The notes under the pieces were generated by a model. It was not told the DNA's origin. It saw only the letters and a list, made by a program, of their open reading frames with translations, and searched no databases. This document shows positions 55,397 to 64,000 of a DNA stretch of 64,000 nucleotides, piece by piece; position 1 is the stretch's first letter, and every line of letters starts with the position of its first letter. A program made the translations under genes and the position numbers. The DNA is from Actinomycetales bacterium (lineage in GTDB: Bacteria > Actinomycetota > Actinomycetes > Actinomycetales > CAVURS01). Location: positions 1-64,000 of the forward strand of contig JBJMHS010000011.1 in the NCBI GenBank assembly GCA_045807245.1, read 5' to 3'.

Positions 55397-55996
55397 ATGC
55401 CCGTTGGTCCCCACCTGTCAATCACACCGCACCGGGCCACCCGCCGGTGGGCGCTTCGACCAGCCGTAGCGCTGTTCCTGGCCCTGCTGGCCGCGCTGAC
55501 CGCGACCATGACGGCACAGGCCGCCACCACGACGTGGCGACAGTCGCTCGCCGCGGCAAACGGCACCACCAGCACCGGCACCATCACCTGGGACAACACT
55601 GCGTTCTCAGAGAAGCTGACCGTCAAGACCGGCACCTTGGCCACCGGGAAGTGCGTGACGGTGTACTTCGACTGGGTCAGCCACACGCACAACGACGCCC
55701 GGGCCGTGCGCAACTGCCAGAGCAACTCCACGCTCACCTATACGTTCACTGAGACGGACACCAGCCAGCTCACCGGCAAGGTGAGCAAGAATGGCGTCTG
55801 CTACGGCATCAAGGACCAGCGCGGCACCTGCATCGGCACGCAGACGATCACGAACGACTGGACGCCGTGGCCGGATACCACCCGGACCGCGCCGTGCGAC
55901 CTGAGCTGGGTCCTGCGCAACGCCAACGGCACCATCACCAAGTTCCTCGACCCGCATCCCACCAGCGCCGCACTACGCAGCGGCGGCACCTGCTGA
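55397..55996 (+). CDS. secreted Thr-rich hypothetical protein
   Basis: Signal peptide ending AQA; six Cys. Confidence 0.75.
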   Translation: MPVGPHLSITPHRATRRWALRPAVALFLALLAALTATMTAQAATTTWRQSLAAANGTTSTGTITWDNTAFSEKLTVKTGTLATGKCVTVYFDWVSHTHNDARAVRNCQSNSTLTYTFTETDTSQLTGKVSKNGVCYGIKDQRGTCIGTQTITNDWTPWPDTTRTAPCDLSWVLRNANGTITKFLDPHPTSAALRSGGTC

Positions 55997-55999
55997 GCC

Positions 56000-56350
56000 A
56001 TGCGACAGGCACCAGCTCGGGCGGGTCACGACGAAGCAGGCCCAGCCAGCGTGGAGGTCAAGGAGCTCGGCCAGCTCACCGTGATCGCCCTCTCCGGAGT
56101 CCTGGACATAGACGCGTCGGACCAGCTCACCCACGCCGCCCACCAGGCGGCCCACCGCGAGCTGCCCATCCAGATCGACATGGCCCATGCACAGTTCATC
56201 GACAGCAGCGCCATGTCGATGTTCGTGCGACTGGTCGCCGCCGAACGACGGTTCGGCCGCGACCTTGTCGTCACGGGAGCATCAGCCGGCGTGCGCCAAG
56301 CATTCAAGACCGCCGGCCTGGACCGGATCCTGACCTTCAACGACACCTGA
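56000..56350 (+). CDS. STAS-domain anti-sigma-factor antagonist
   Basis: LSGVLD, IDM...FIDSS phospho-Ser motif, GLDRIL. Confidence 0.88.
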   Translation: MRQAPARAGHDEAGPASVEVKELGQLTVIALSGVLDIDASDQLTHAAHQAAHRELPIQIDMAHAQFIDSSAMSMFVRLVAAERRFGRDLVVTGASAGVRQAFKTAGLDRILTFNDT

Positions 56351-56443
56351 GCGAGCGGCCTCGGGTCCGACCGCCCTCGGAGCGGCAAGCGCTGACGATC
56401 CAGCCGAGACGTCTATGACCCGGCCACCGTGAGGCGTGGTCGC

Positions 56444-56887
56444 TCAGTCGTCTCCGCCGCCGTCGTCGCCACCCTGGTCCCCGTCATCCTCGTGATCGCC
56501 TGAGTGGCTACCGGATCGGCTGTCCTCGCCCTGGTCGTCGTTGTCGTCGCCCTGGTCATCCTCGTTCGCGTCGTCGTGCTCGCGGCTCGAGGATGAGCTG
56601 GCGCTCGCGTGGTGGTGCTTGTGGGTCGGCCGTGCCGTGGGCGTGGCCTTCTGCTCGTCGCCCTGGTCGTCGTCGCCCTGAGCGTCCGCGTCCTCGCCCT
56701 GGTCGTCCGCGTCCGCCGTGTCCTCGGCCTCGCTCGTGCTGGCGGCCGTAGGGGTGGGTGTCTGCACGGTCGTGGACGTGTCCTGAGATGTCAGCCCGGG
56801 TGTGGCGGAGGCTGCGTAGGCGCCGCCGAGGACGAGCGCCGCCGCCGCGGCAACGAGCGTGACGGCGCGCTTGGTGGTGAGCTTCAT
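56444..56887 (-). CDS. secreted acidic low-complexity protein (DDQG repeats, His patch)
   Basis: Signal peptide; D/E-rich repeats; HKHHH. Confidence 0.75.
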   Translation of the reverse strand: MKLTTKRAVTLVAAAAALVLGGAYAASATPGLTSQDTSTTVQTPTPTAASTSEAEDTADADDQGEDADAQGDDDQGDEQKATPTARPTHKHHHASASSSSSREHDDANEDDQGDDNDDQGEDSRSGSHSGDHEDDGDQGGDDGGGDD

Positions 56888-56894
56888 GCCCGGA

Positions 56895-56922
56895 CAACGA
56901 CAGGCAGCAACGAGGCGTTACA
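56895..56922 (-). promoter_or_regulatory. ECF-type promoter TGTAAC-N17-CGTTG (copy 3)
   Basis: Ends 7 nt before ATG 56887, consistent with a leaderless mRNA. Confidence 0.7.
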
Positions 56923-57075
56923 GACGGTCGGTGCCCGTTCACCCAATCGGAGTACCGCCATGCGCCGCTCAGCTCTTGCAGCATCAACCGAGACGGTGTC
57001 AACCATCCGCCGAAGCACCGTCAAGCCTCACCCGAAGGCCAAAGGAGAAGCATCAGGCGGAGTCACACACGGGGA

Positions 57076-57115
57076 TGGTGGGCCCCGTGGGGATCGAACC
57101 CACAACCCGCGGATT
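57076..57115 (-). other. tRNA 3' half (Lys-like) = putative att site
   Basis: AATCCGCGGGTTGTGGGTTCGATCCCCACGGGGCCCACCA has T-arm, acceptor 3' strand and CCA, but no D-arm/5' half upstream; 160 bp from integrase. Confidence 0.85.
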
Positions 57116-57274
57116 TACTCTCTGCGAACTAGCAGCCAGCGCCGATGCCAGTCAACTCGGCTGTAACACAGATCGATTCATGACCAGGCATCACTAGATG
57201 TCACTCAGATCAACCGTCAATCCGGGGGATATCAGGGGGATCGAGACGCTCAGCCATCGTGCCTGGACGGGCCC

Positions 57275-58501
57275 CTACAGCAGGTCGGCCGCGGCCTTCG
57301 TGGCGACCTTGCGGCCCATGTAGACGTCCTGGGTGAGGGAGGGCCGGGCGTGGCCGAGTTGGTCGGCGATCTGCCGCGCGGACAGGCCAGCTTCGTCGAG
57401 CGTGGTGGCGACGGTCTTGCGGAAGGTGTGGGAGGTGACCCAGTCGAACCCGAGGGGGTCCAGCACGCGGCGGAGGTCGTCGGCGGTGTTGGACGGGTCG
57501 CGCAACTTGCCGCCCGGGGAGGGGAACACGGTGCCCTCGGGTCCGATCAAGCCGTTTTCTTGCCGGTGGCGGAGCATCTGCACGGCGGCGGGGGACAGAG
57601 CCAGGACGCGCCAGCCGGCCGCGGTCTTGGGGCGTGTCTGGATCTGCATGCCCTGGCCGGGCACGCGGATCATGGTGGCGTTGACCTCCACGGTGCCCGC
57701 GTCGAGGTCGATGTTCTTCCAGCCCAGGGCGATGGCCTCGCCGATGCGGCAGCCGGTGCGGAGCATGAACTCGATCAGGTCGGCGACGTCATAGCGCTGG
57801 GCGACCTCGCTGGTCGCCATCTTGCCCAGGAGGTTGTCCCGCGCGTCCTGGGTGAGGGCGCGGGGCTGCTCGGCGACCGACTTGCCCCGCTTGCCGGTCG
57901 TGGGCCGCTTCGTCGAGAGCTTGGCGGCGTTGCGGACGGGGTTGGCGGCGATGGCGCCGTGGCGGACGGCCAGGCCGAGGATGCCGGACAGGACCGCGCG
58001 GGCGGTCTTTGCGCTGCCGGGGCCATGGTCGGCGCCGATTGTGCGCAGGAACCGGTCCACGTTCGGTGCTCGGACCTCGCTGAGCGCCAGTTCGCCCATG
58101 ATCGGGGTGACGTAGTTGTCGACCGCGTAGTGGTACAGCGTGCGGGTGCCCTGAGCCAGGTCCCGCTCGTCGACCTCCCGAAGCCAGGCCTGGGCGGTCA
58201 ACGACACCGTGCTCTCTGGGCGCAGGTCGCCCACCGATGGGTCGGAGGGGGTGAGCCGATCCCGCAGGGCAGACAGCAGGGACTGCTCCGCGGCGGACTT
58301 CTTGTCCGACCACCGCTCGATCTCCCGCAGCCTGCCGTCCAGGTCTCGGTACTTGGCCCGGGCCCGCCATCGTTCGGACTGGTGACCGCGTGTCCGGCTG
58401 CTCTCGGGCACACTCGCCCACGATCCGCTGCCAGCGTCCCAGCGGAACGGCGTCAGCGACACCCGTCCCCACGTCCCGACCTGTGTGCGTGGTCTGGCCA
58501 T
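57275..58501 (-). CDS. int: tyrosine recombinase / site-specific integrase
   Basis: TGCRIGE (R), PKT (K), HTFR, LGH, DVY catalytic residues all present. Confidence 0.95.
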   Translation of the reverse strand: MARPRTQVGTWGRVSLTPFRWDAGSGSWASVPESSRTRGHQSERWRARAKYRDLDGRLREIERWSDKKSAAEQSLLSALRDRLTPSDPSVGDLRPESTVSLTAQAWLREVDERDLAQGTRTLYHYAVDNYVTPIMGELALSEVRAPNVDRFLRTIGADHGPGSAKTARAVLSGILGLAVRHGAIAANPVRNAAKLSTKRPTTGKRGKSVAEQPRALTQDARDNLLGKMATSEVAQRYDVADLIEFMLRTGCRIGEAIALGWKNIDLDAGTVEVNATMIRVPGQGMQIQTRPKTAAGWRVLALSPAAVQMLRHRQENGLIGPEGTVFPSPGGKLRDPSNTADDLRRVLDPLGFDWVTSHTFRKTVATTLDEAGLSARQIADQLGHARPSLTQDVYMGRKVATKAAADLL

Positions 58502-58876
58502 AGCTCCACTCTAGGGCAAAGGGGGGAGAAGTAAGAGGGTTTCAGAGAACGAACCGTGCTGTGGCTCAACGGTTTCCGTTTGGTAACTCTTTGCCGCAGG
58601 GGACCAGACATGCGACACCGGGCGTCGCCAGAACATCCGAGACCTTTTTCTGGTCGCTTGTCAGCGCATCCCTGCAGGTCGCAAACGGTAAGCATGTTTG
58701 TGCAGTACTTGTCGTTGGGAGGAATCGGACACTGGTCTGGAATGACCCGCGCCAGCGGGAAGTTGACGGCCGTGCGAGGGAGAGGTCACGGCGGACACCG
58801 AGCCCCCACAGAGGCGAAACGTCCCGGGAACAACGACTAGCCGACCAGCATCGGTCGGCACCCGGAGGTGGGGACG

Positions 58877-59080
58877 ATGAAGCCCTTGAACGTGAAGCGC
58901 GCCGCGCTCTTGAAGACCGCCGAGGTGGGCACCCTGACCGGGCTCGCGCCCGCGCACCTCGCCAACATGCGATCCCAGGGCCGTGGGCCCCGGTTCGTTC
59001 GGCTGGGCGCTGCGGTTCGCTACCGGCGCGAGGACGTCGAGGCGTGGATCGCAGACCACACCGTCGAGACGAGCCGGTGA
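58877..59080 (+). CDS. excisionase/AlpA-like HTH protein
   Basis: GGAGG RBS; LKTAEV..LANMRSQGRGPRFVRLG..VRYRREDVEAWI. Confidence 0.88.
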   Translation: MKPLNVKRAALLKTAEVGTLTGLAPAHLANMRSQGRGPRFVRLGAAVRYRREDVEAWIADHTVETSR

Positions 59081-60090
59081 TGGCTCCCGATCAGTTGATC
59101 CCCATGCAGCGGACCTCTGAAGTGGATGCCGGCATCCCCCGTGCCAAGTGGTTCAAGACCGTGGGCGAACTGGAGTGCGAGTTGGCCGCCGAGCCCAAGT
59201 TCCTGGTCGAGGGCATCGTCAGCACGACGGTGACGATGCTGGCTGGTGCGCCGTACTCCGGCAAGTCCTCTCTGACCGACTCTTTAGGAGCTGCCCTGGT
59301 GACTGGAGAGGACACCTGGCTTGGCCGCGCGATCGAGCCCGGCGAGCACCGAGTCGGCTACGTAGTGACGGACCCGGGCGCCGTGGCGGAGGCACAGGAG
59401 CGGCTGGCTCTCCTGGCTCCCGAAGCGACGGACCGGCTGCTGATCGCTCGCTTCAACCACAACGATCCGAATCAGACCTGGCTGGCCTTGGCCGCGGAAC
59501 TGGCCGAAGCGGGCGCGGACCTCATGATCGTCGACAACTTGCTCGGTGCCATGCCGCCGGGCTGCGACCCGTCCAACGCCGAGCACGCCCGTGCGTTCAT
59601 CCAGCAAATGGACCAGGCTCGCGATTTCGGGCTGGCGCTCCTCGTGGCCCACCACACGGCCAAGTCCGGCCTCGGCAACTCTGGCAAGTCTCCCTTGGGC
59701 TCGCAGCTGTGGAGGGCCTGGCCGCAGGCCTCGATCCTCCTGCAGAAGTCGTCCGAGACGATCCGGCGCCTGGAGATCGAGACCAACGTCGGGATGAGCA
59801 CCAGCATGACCCTGACTATGTCCTACGGGACAGGGGCCCCGCTGTTCACGGTGACCACCAACGAGAGCCGGAAGTCTGAGCGAGGCACCGAACGTATGGA
59901 CCGTTACCAAGACGCGGCTAACTGGATCGTGACCGTCCACCCCATGGTCAAGCGCAAGAGCGAGCTGGCCAAACTCCTGGCCGAGGAGTTCGGGGGCGCC
60001 GCTAGCACCTGGGAGAAGGACCTCGGCCCCAAGTACATCCTGGGCGGGATGTTGACCTGCGTCGAAGGGGTCGGCTGGTCCCTGCGCTAG
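59080..60090 (+). CDS. RecA-fold AAA ATPase (RepA-like replicative helicase)
   Basis: FLVEGI, Walker A GAPYSGKS, Walker B MIVDN, VAHHTAK; TGATG coupling to the HTH gene. Confidence 0.85.
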   Translation: MAPDQLIPMQRTSEVDAGIPRAKWFKTVGELECELAAEPKFLVEGIVSTTVTMLAGAPYSGKSSLTDSLGAALVTGEDTWLGRAIEPGEHRVGYVVTDPGAVAEAQERLALLAPEATDRLLIARFNHNDPNQTWLALAAELAEAGADLMIVDNLLGAMPPGCDPSNAEHARAFIQQMDQARDFGLALLVAHHTAKSGLGNSGKSPLGSQLWRAWPQASILLQKSSETIRRLEIETNVGMSTSMTLTMSYGTGAPLFTVTTNESRKSERGTERMDRYQDAANWIVTVHPMVKRKSELAKLLAEEFGGAASTWEKDLGPKYILGGMLTCVEGVGWSLR

Positions 60091-60093
60091 CGG

Positions 60094-60113
60094 GTTACCG
60101 GTTACCCGTTACC
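60094..60113 (+). repeat. three GTTACC repeats with 7-bp period (iteron-like)
   Basis: At 60094, 60101, 60108 immediately after the helicase stop. Confidence 0.6.
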
Positions 60114-60776
60114 CCCTCTGTGTGGGAGTAAACCGTTCCCACCCATTCACCCCACTCAATGATCGCCGGCCGCCCTCGGGCGGGTTCCGGCGAGTGGATG
60201 AGGGGGAGGGGCGGCCAGCCCCGACCCAACCGGGCGAGGCTCGAAGGCCTCGCCGACCGGTACTACCAATCCATCGGGCGGCGTCGCTGCGCCGCCCTAG
60301 GTACTACGGACTAAGCAAGGGCGGGCGCCATCACGGCGGCCCGCCCGCTGGATGTAGTTGTGGTTCCGTTGGGTGGGCACCAGCCACCCGACGGATGTGG
60401 TTGCCTCTCGCTGGCTTCTCACCAGGTAGGTACCTCGACGATTCTCATCTTCGGCGGCCAACTATCCCCGCGCCGATCACCTCCCACCGCATCGGTGGGT
60501 CTCCCGGCGGCGGAGTCCTGCCCGCCGACGGTTCGTAAGCCGCAATCGCCGCGTCGCCGCAGTTGGGAGTCTTCCCGTCCAGGGTGTGAGCTGAACCCTC
60601 GGCACATGGCCGGCTGGGGCTGATGCCGTGCCGCAGTTGGCCTTCGACGGCTCGGCACGGGTAGTAGGGAAGGTGCGTAGGGGTACCACAGGTGTGAGGT
60701 TGGCGGACCCTGCCATCTCGGTGACGGTTGGGGCGCGGCGCGCCCTGGTGGCTGTGGCGCTGGGCAGAATGGGCGG

Positions 60777-61295
60777 GTGAGTCGACCCCGCTTTGAGCTC
60801 CCGGAAGGGGTCTGGGCGGTCGAGTACGCGCAAGGTCTGCGTCTCCGAGGCTATGAGCAGGCTGTCGCGGAAGCGGCTGAGAGGCTGCGGGTCCTGAAGG
60901 ATGAAGCGGAGGGCTACTCGGTTCGGCTTGGCTCGTGGTCTTTGCAGGTCTCGGAGTACGTACCTGCAATGAGGCGCGAGAAGATCGTGACGATGCCCGG
61001 TCACGCGTGGAACATCGCGGCATCGGTCCTGCGGGACGCCGCATACGGCGAGTATCGGCAGAACCCCTTTGACTTCGGCGAGGTCGGCTATCTCCGCCCT
61101 CGCCCTCGTCCTGACATCGGCGTTGAGGTTCTCATTGACCCCGCCTTGGCTGAGATCGGACCGCCGTACTTTAGGCAATGCCCGCGTTGTCTCCTGAACT
61201 CACCAGTATCCGCCCAGAGAGAGGAAGCGGCGGCGTGGCTGGACGCCCACGAGCCGGAGCATCAACTCAGCGAGGGTCGTGCTAACAACTGGTGA
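60777..61295 (+). CDS. hypothetical protein with C-terminal CxxC..H..H
   Basis: CPRC..WLDAHEPEH. Confidence 0.55.
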   Translation: MSRPRFELPEGVWAVEYAQGLRLRGYEQAVAEAAERLRVLKDEAEGYSVRLGSWSLQVSEYVPAMRREKIVTMPGHAWNIAASVLRDAAYGEYRQNPFDFGEVGYLRPRPRPDIGVEVLIDPALAEIGPPYFRQCPRCLLNSPVSAQREEAAAWLDAHEPEHQLSEGRANNW

Positions 61296-61460
61296 GGTTG
61301 CTCAAACCAGTGGTCAGGAGGACTCAGCGCTGCACGGATCGGGGCAGATCCGGTGGATCCGTAACGGGCCCTGGAGATGCCGTGACAAGACTGGTGGGTA
61401 TCAGCCGCACGCCCAACGTGTCAGCGGGCGTGCCCGAGCGGACCATGTCACGCTCGCCGC

Positions 61461-61967
61461 ATGACGCAACCCAGTCAATCAGGATGGGGTCAGCGGCTCA
61501 TCGCAATCGCGAACCCGTTTCACCGACCCAAACTCACCGTCGTCGTCCTGGGCTGTGCCGCGGCTTGGCAGCTTGCTACCGCCGCCGCGGGTTTCCGCGC
61601 TGGCGAGCCAAAGAGGGCCCTGGTGAACGTCGGGATTGCCGCGGTGGGCTTGACCACGATGATCGTTGCCCTCCGGCGACTGGGCGCGGAACGTCGGGGT
61701 GAACCACCGAAGGTGGCATCGGAGCGATCGGCCCGGTTCTTCCTCAACGGCCTGCCGGTGGTCGGGGTCATCCTGGCCGGGCTATGTGTTTGGGCGGGTA
61801 TAGCTACGAACCGGGCCAACAGGTACCTGTTCTTCGTTCTCGCGGTCTGGCTGCTGCTAGCTGTGCCGTTCTCCCTCTGGCTGCGGGCCAAGGTCAACAC
61901 CGGGGAAGCCCAGGAACGCCTGCGCAAGTTCCGCCAGGCGCAACAGCAGCCACCGCCCTGCAAGTAG
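61461..61967 (+). CDS. membrane protein (about 4 TM)
   Basis: Four hydrophobic segments. Confidence 0.65.
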   Translation: MTQPSQSGWGQRLIAIANPFHRPKLTVVVLGCAAAWQLATAAAGFRAGEPKRALVNVGIAAVGLTTMIVALRRLGAERRGEPPKVASERSARFFLNGLPVVGVILAGLCVWAGIATNRANRYLFFVLAVWLLLAVPFSLWLRAKVNTGEAQERLRKFRQAQQQPPPCK

Positions 61968-62383
61968 CCAAGCGATACCGTCCTCGCGCGCCGCACCCAC
62001 GCGGATCGCGGCGGGTCCGACCGGATGGGGCACTTCCGGACGTTCGCGGCTGGGCGGACCTCTGAGTCATGCTGAGGTCATGTCTCAGCGCCAGCCATAC
62101 GTCCTGATCCACGGACTGGACGACTTGGCGGGTAGCGTCGGCTCATCGCCAAGTGTTGATCGTGGACTCGAAGGCCTTGGCCTCGCTGCAGGATCGACAG
62201 CTGCCTACTGCTCCGAAGGCGTCCGCCGCGGGCCGACCTGGCCGGCGCGCCGGGATGGACGTGGGCGGTTAACGGTCCGAACTGCATCCTCCGTTCGGCC
62301 ATTTCGGCGTTCCATGGGTAGACGTGTGGGTCCTGCGACGATCTGCTGGGTCCTCCAGCCCGCAGAAGTTGCAGGAGGCATCC

Positions 62384-63121
62384 GTGAGCGACGTCGATTC
62401 GCCAGGCGCACGGCCGAATTGGGGTCGGCCGCCGGCGGCGTCGGTCCCTGCGAACCAGTCGGTCTACCCCAGCCATGGCGGTGCTCCGCCTGGGCCCTAC
62501 TACTATTCAGCGCCGTCCCCGGGGCATGGCTCGCCGGCTGCCGCTCCACGGCGAACCGGCCGTCGGGTGGCGAAGTTGCTCTTGTCGTGCGTCCTCGGCG
62601 TCGTCTGTTTCGTGGGCGCGGGAGCCATCACGAGGTCGGTGTGGCCTCATGGCCTCGGGCCAGTGCTGGCGGGGAGGAAGGCGGCTTCTAAGGCGACGAT
62701 CGTGTTCCCTTCGACAGTGCACGGTCTGAAGCGAGTGGACGGCACGTACGACAAGGCGATCCGACTGTTGCTGGCCAAGGTTCCGGAGGAGGCGAATGCC
62801 CGAGGCGCCGTCTACGCGCGCCACGGTGACTTCCAGGCGATGATCATCGCAGGCGCGTTCAGCATGGGCGCGGCCGACCAGGAGGCGTTCCTGGCCAGCG
62901 CCAAGGCATCGGTGGCCGCCCAGGGACTCACTGTCCATACTGTCGACCCCGGACCGATGGGCGGACGGATGCAGTGCGGCACAACACGGGATGGCCTCAT
63001 CACGCAGTGCGCCTACTCGGACTCATCGGCTTTCGGGATCGTCCAGGTGACCGGGAAGGGCTCGGCCGCACGCGCGACCGTCTTGGCTCTGCGGGCCGCC
63101 ACCGAGCGCAAGGTGACCTGA
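62384..63121 (+). CDS. membrane-anchored hypothetical protein
   Basis: AGGAGG + GTG; Pro-rich N-terminus, one TM, GPMGGRMQC..C domain. Confidence 0.7.
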   Translation: MSDVDSPGARPNWGRPPAASVPANQSVYPSHGGAPPGPYYYSAPSPGHGSPAAAPRRTGRRVAKLLLSCVLGVVCFVGAGAITRSVWPHGLGPVLAGRKAASKATIVFPSTVHGLKRVDGTYDKAIRLLLAKVPEEANARGAVYARHGDFQAMIIAGAFSMGAADQEAFLASAKASVAAQGLTVHTVDPGPMGGRMQCGTTRDGLITQCAYSDSSAFGIVQVTGKGSAARATVLALRAATERKVT

Positions 63122-63727
63122 CCGGCGTCACAAGAGAATCCCTGCCAACGCCGGCTGTTGCCCGTCCGCGCGGTTGGACCCGCGGGTGCGGTCCCTGTGG
63201 ATACCGGGCGTTAGGTTGAGCTGCCCGCAGCCCGGGGAAGTGCGCGCACGCATTCGCGAGTCGTCCTCGCCCACGGCTCCGTCGTCGCTGTCTGGGCAAA
63301 CACTGAGTCGTGTCTCACTGGTCCGGAGGATCTGCGGCTTTACATCTATGTGTCCGGCCCCTGATCTCCGGTCCAGACGCCGTGTTGGTGAGGGGATGGC
63401 GTTCAAGACGGGGCACAACGCTAGTGGGCCCGACCCGGTAGACCTAAGAACTTTTGGTTGTGCGCTCAAAAGTCAAGGGCGTTATCACTTACTGGACGCG
63501 TTGACGGAATGGCGTCAGCACGAGAACTGGAAGATCATCCCAAATACGTAGCTGGTGTCCGGCCCTCCTGATTTTTGGTCCAGTTCCGATTCGTGTGGCA
63601 CTTCAAGTGCCCGAGCGACCGGTACAGCAACACGTTCGGCCCTTACAGTCTCGTCCCTGCCGGTGAGTAAGGACAGGAACGACGGCACCCGCCACCGCTC
63701 TGGATGGGTGAACGCCCTTGTCAGCGA

Positions 63728-64000
63728 TCAGCATTTATGCATGCTGCTTACTTTGATGATCGGATCGCGTTTGGACGTCGGATAGGCCGAGACTTTAAGA
63801 TCTAAACACCCAAGAGCTTTGTGCGAGACTGCGTCTTGCACTGTCCATCGCGGAGGTTGGTCAAGACTGGTCGAGCCCGAGGCATGTCCTCCCGCGGGTA
63901 CCGTGTATGCATCCTCTCGTTTCGTACAGTTCGCATTGATGCAGGTCGCTAAGACTACAGGTTCAGATAAATCATTGACGACCAAGACCGGGAACGTCTC
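63728..64000 (-). CDS. C-terminal part of a hypothetical (possibly exported) protein
   Basis: Frame open to the window end; four Cys; lower GC. Confidence 0.5.
   Translation of the reverse strand, partial: ETFPVLVVNDLSEPVVLATCINANCTKREDAYTVPAGGHASGSTSLDQPPRWTVQDAVSHKALGCLDLKVSAYPTSKRDPIIKVSSMHKC

Larger units (their letters stand above)
57076..64000. mobile_element. tRNA-integrated element (integrase-xis-helicase), right end outside window
   Basis: att fragment + tyrosine integrase + divergent excisionase-like HTH + helicase; lower-GC cargo. Confidence 0.8.

Noticed and set aside
57076..57150. Complete tRNA gene
   Set aside because: Only the 3' half is present; no D-arm, 5' acceptor strand or full anticodon loop, so treated as an att remnant
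58561..59079. N-terminal extension of the helicase as a primase domain
   Set aside because: Overlaps the better-supported HTH gene in another frame and shows no primase motifs; ATG 59080 is coupled to the HTH stop

Overview
High-GC actinobacterial chromosomal window (mycothiol-dependent enzyme family, Glu-Asp-Phe tRNA cluster, apparent leaderless genes). 1-31 kb is accessory-rich: a LuxR-AAA regulator, an ECF sigma/MFS pair, ABC/MerR and ArsR metal modules, a CHAP hydrolase with a membrane partner and, most notably, a five-gene operon (metallophosphoesterase, APC permease, nucleotidyltransferase-like protein, SnoaL-like protein, divergent AhcY-like enzyme) with a perfect LacI-type operator over its -35 and a LacI gene at its far end. 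31-47 kb looks more core-like: tRNA-Glu/Asp/Phe, a two-component system with an ABC exporter, a sulfite reductase-cysH-chelatase operon with an unannotated leader peptide, and a DEAD-box helicase. 48-57 kb holds secreted and small proteins, with three copies of an ECF-type promoter motif. From about 57.08 kb an integrative element starts at a tRNA(Lys-like) 3' half (tyrosine integrase, excisionase-like HTH, RecA-type helicase, iteron-like repeats, cargo) and appears to run past the window end. All calls come from reading motifs by eye; no database search was run.
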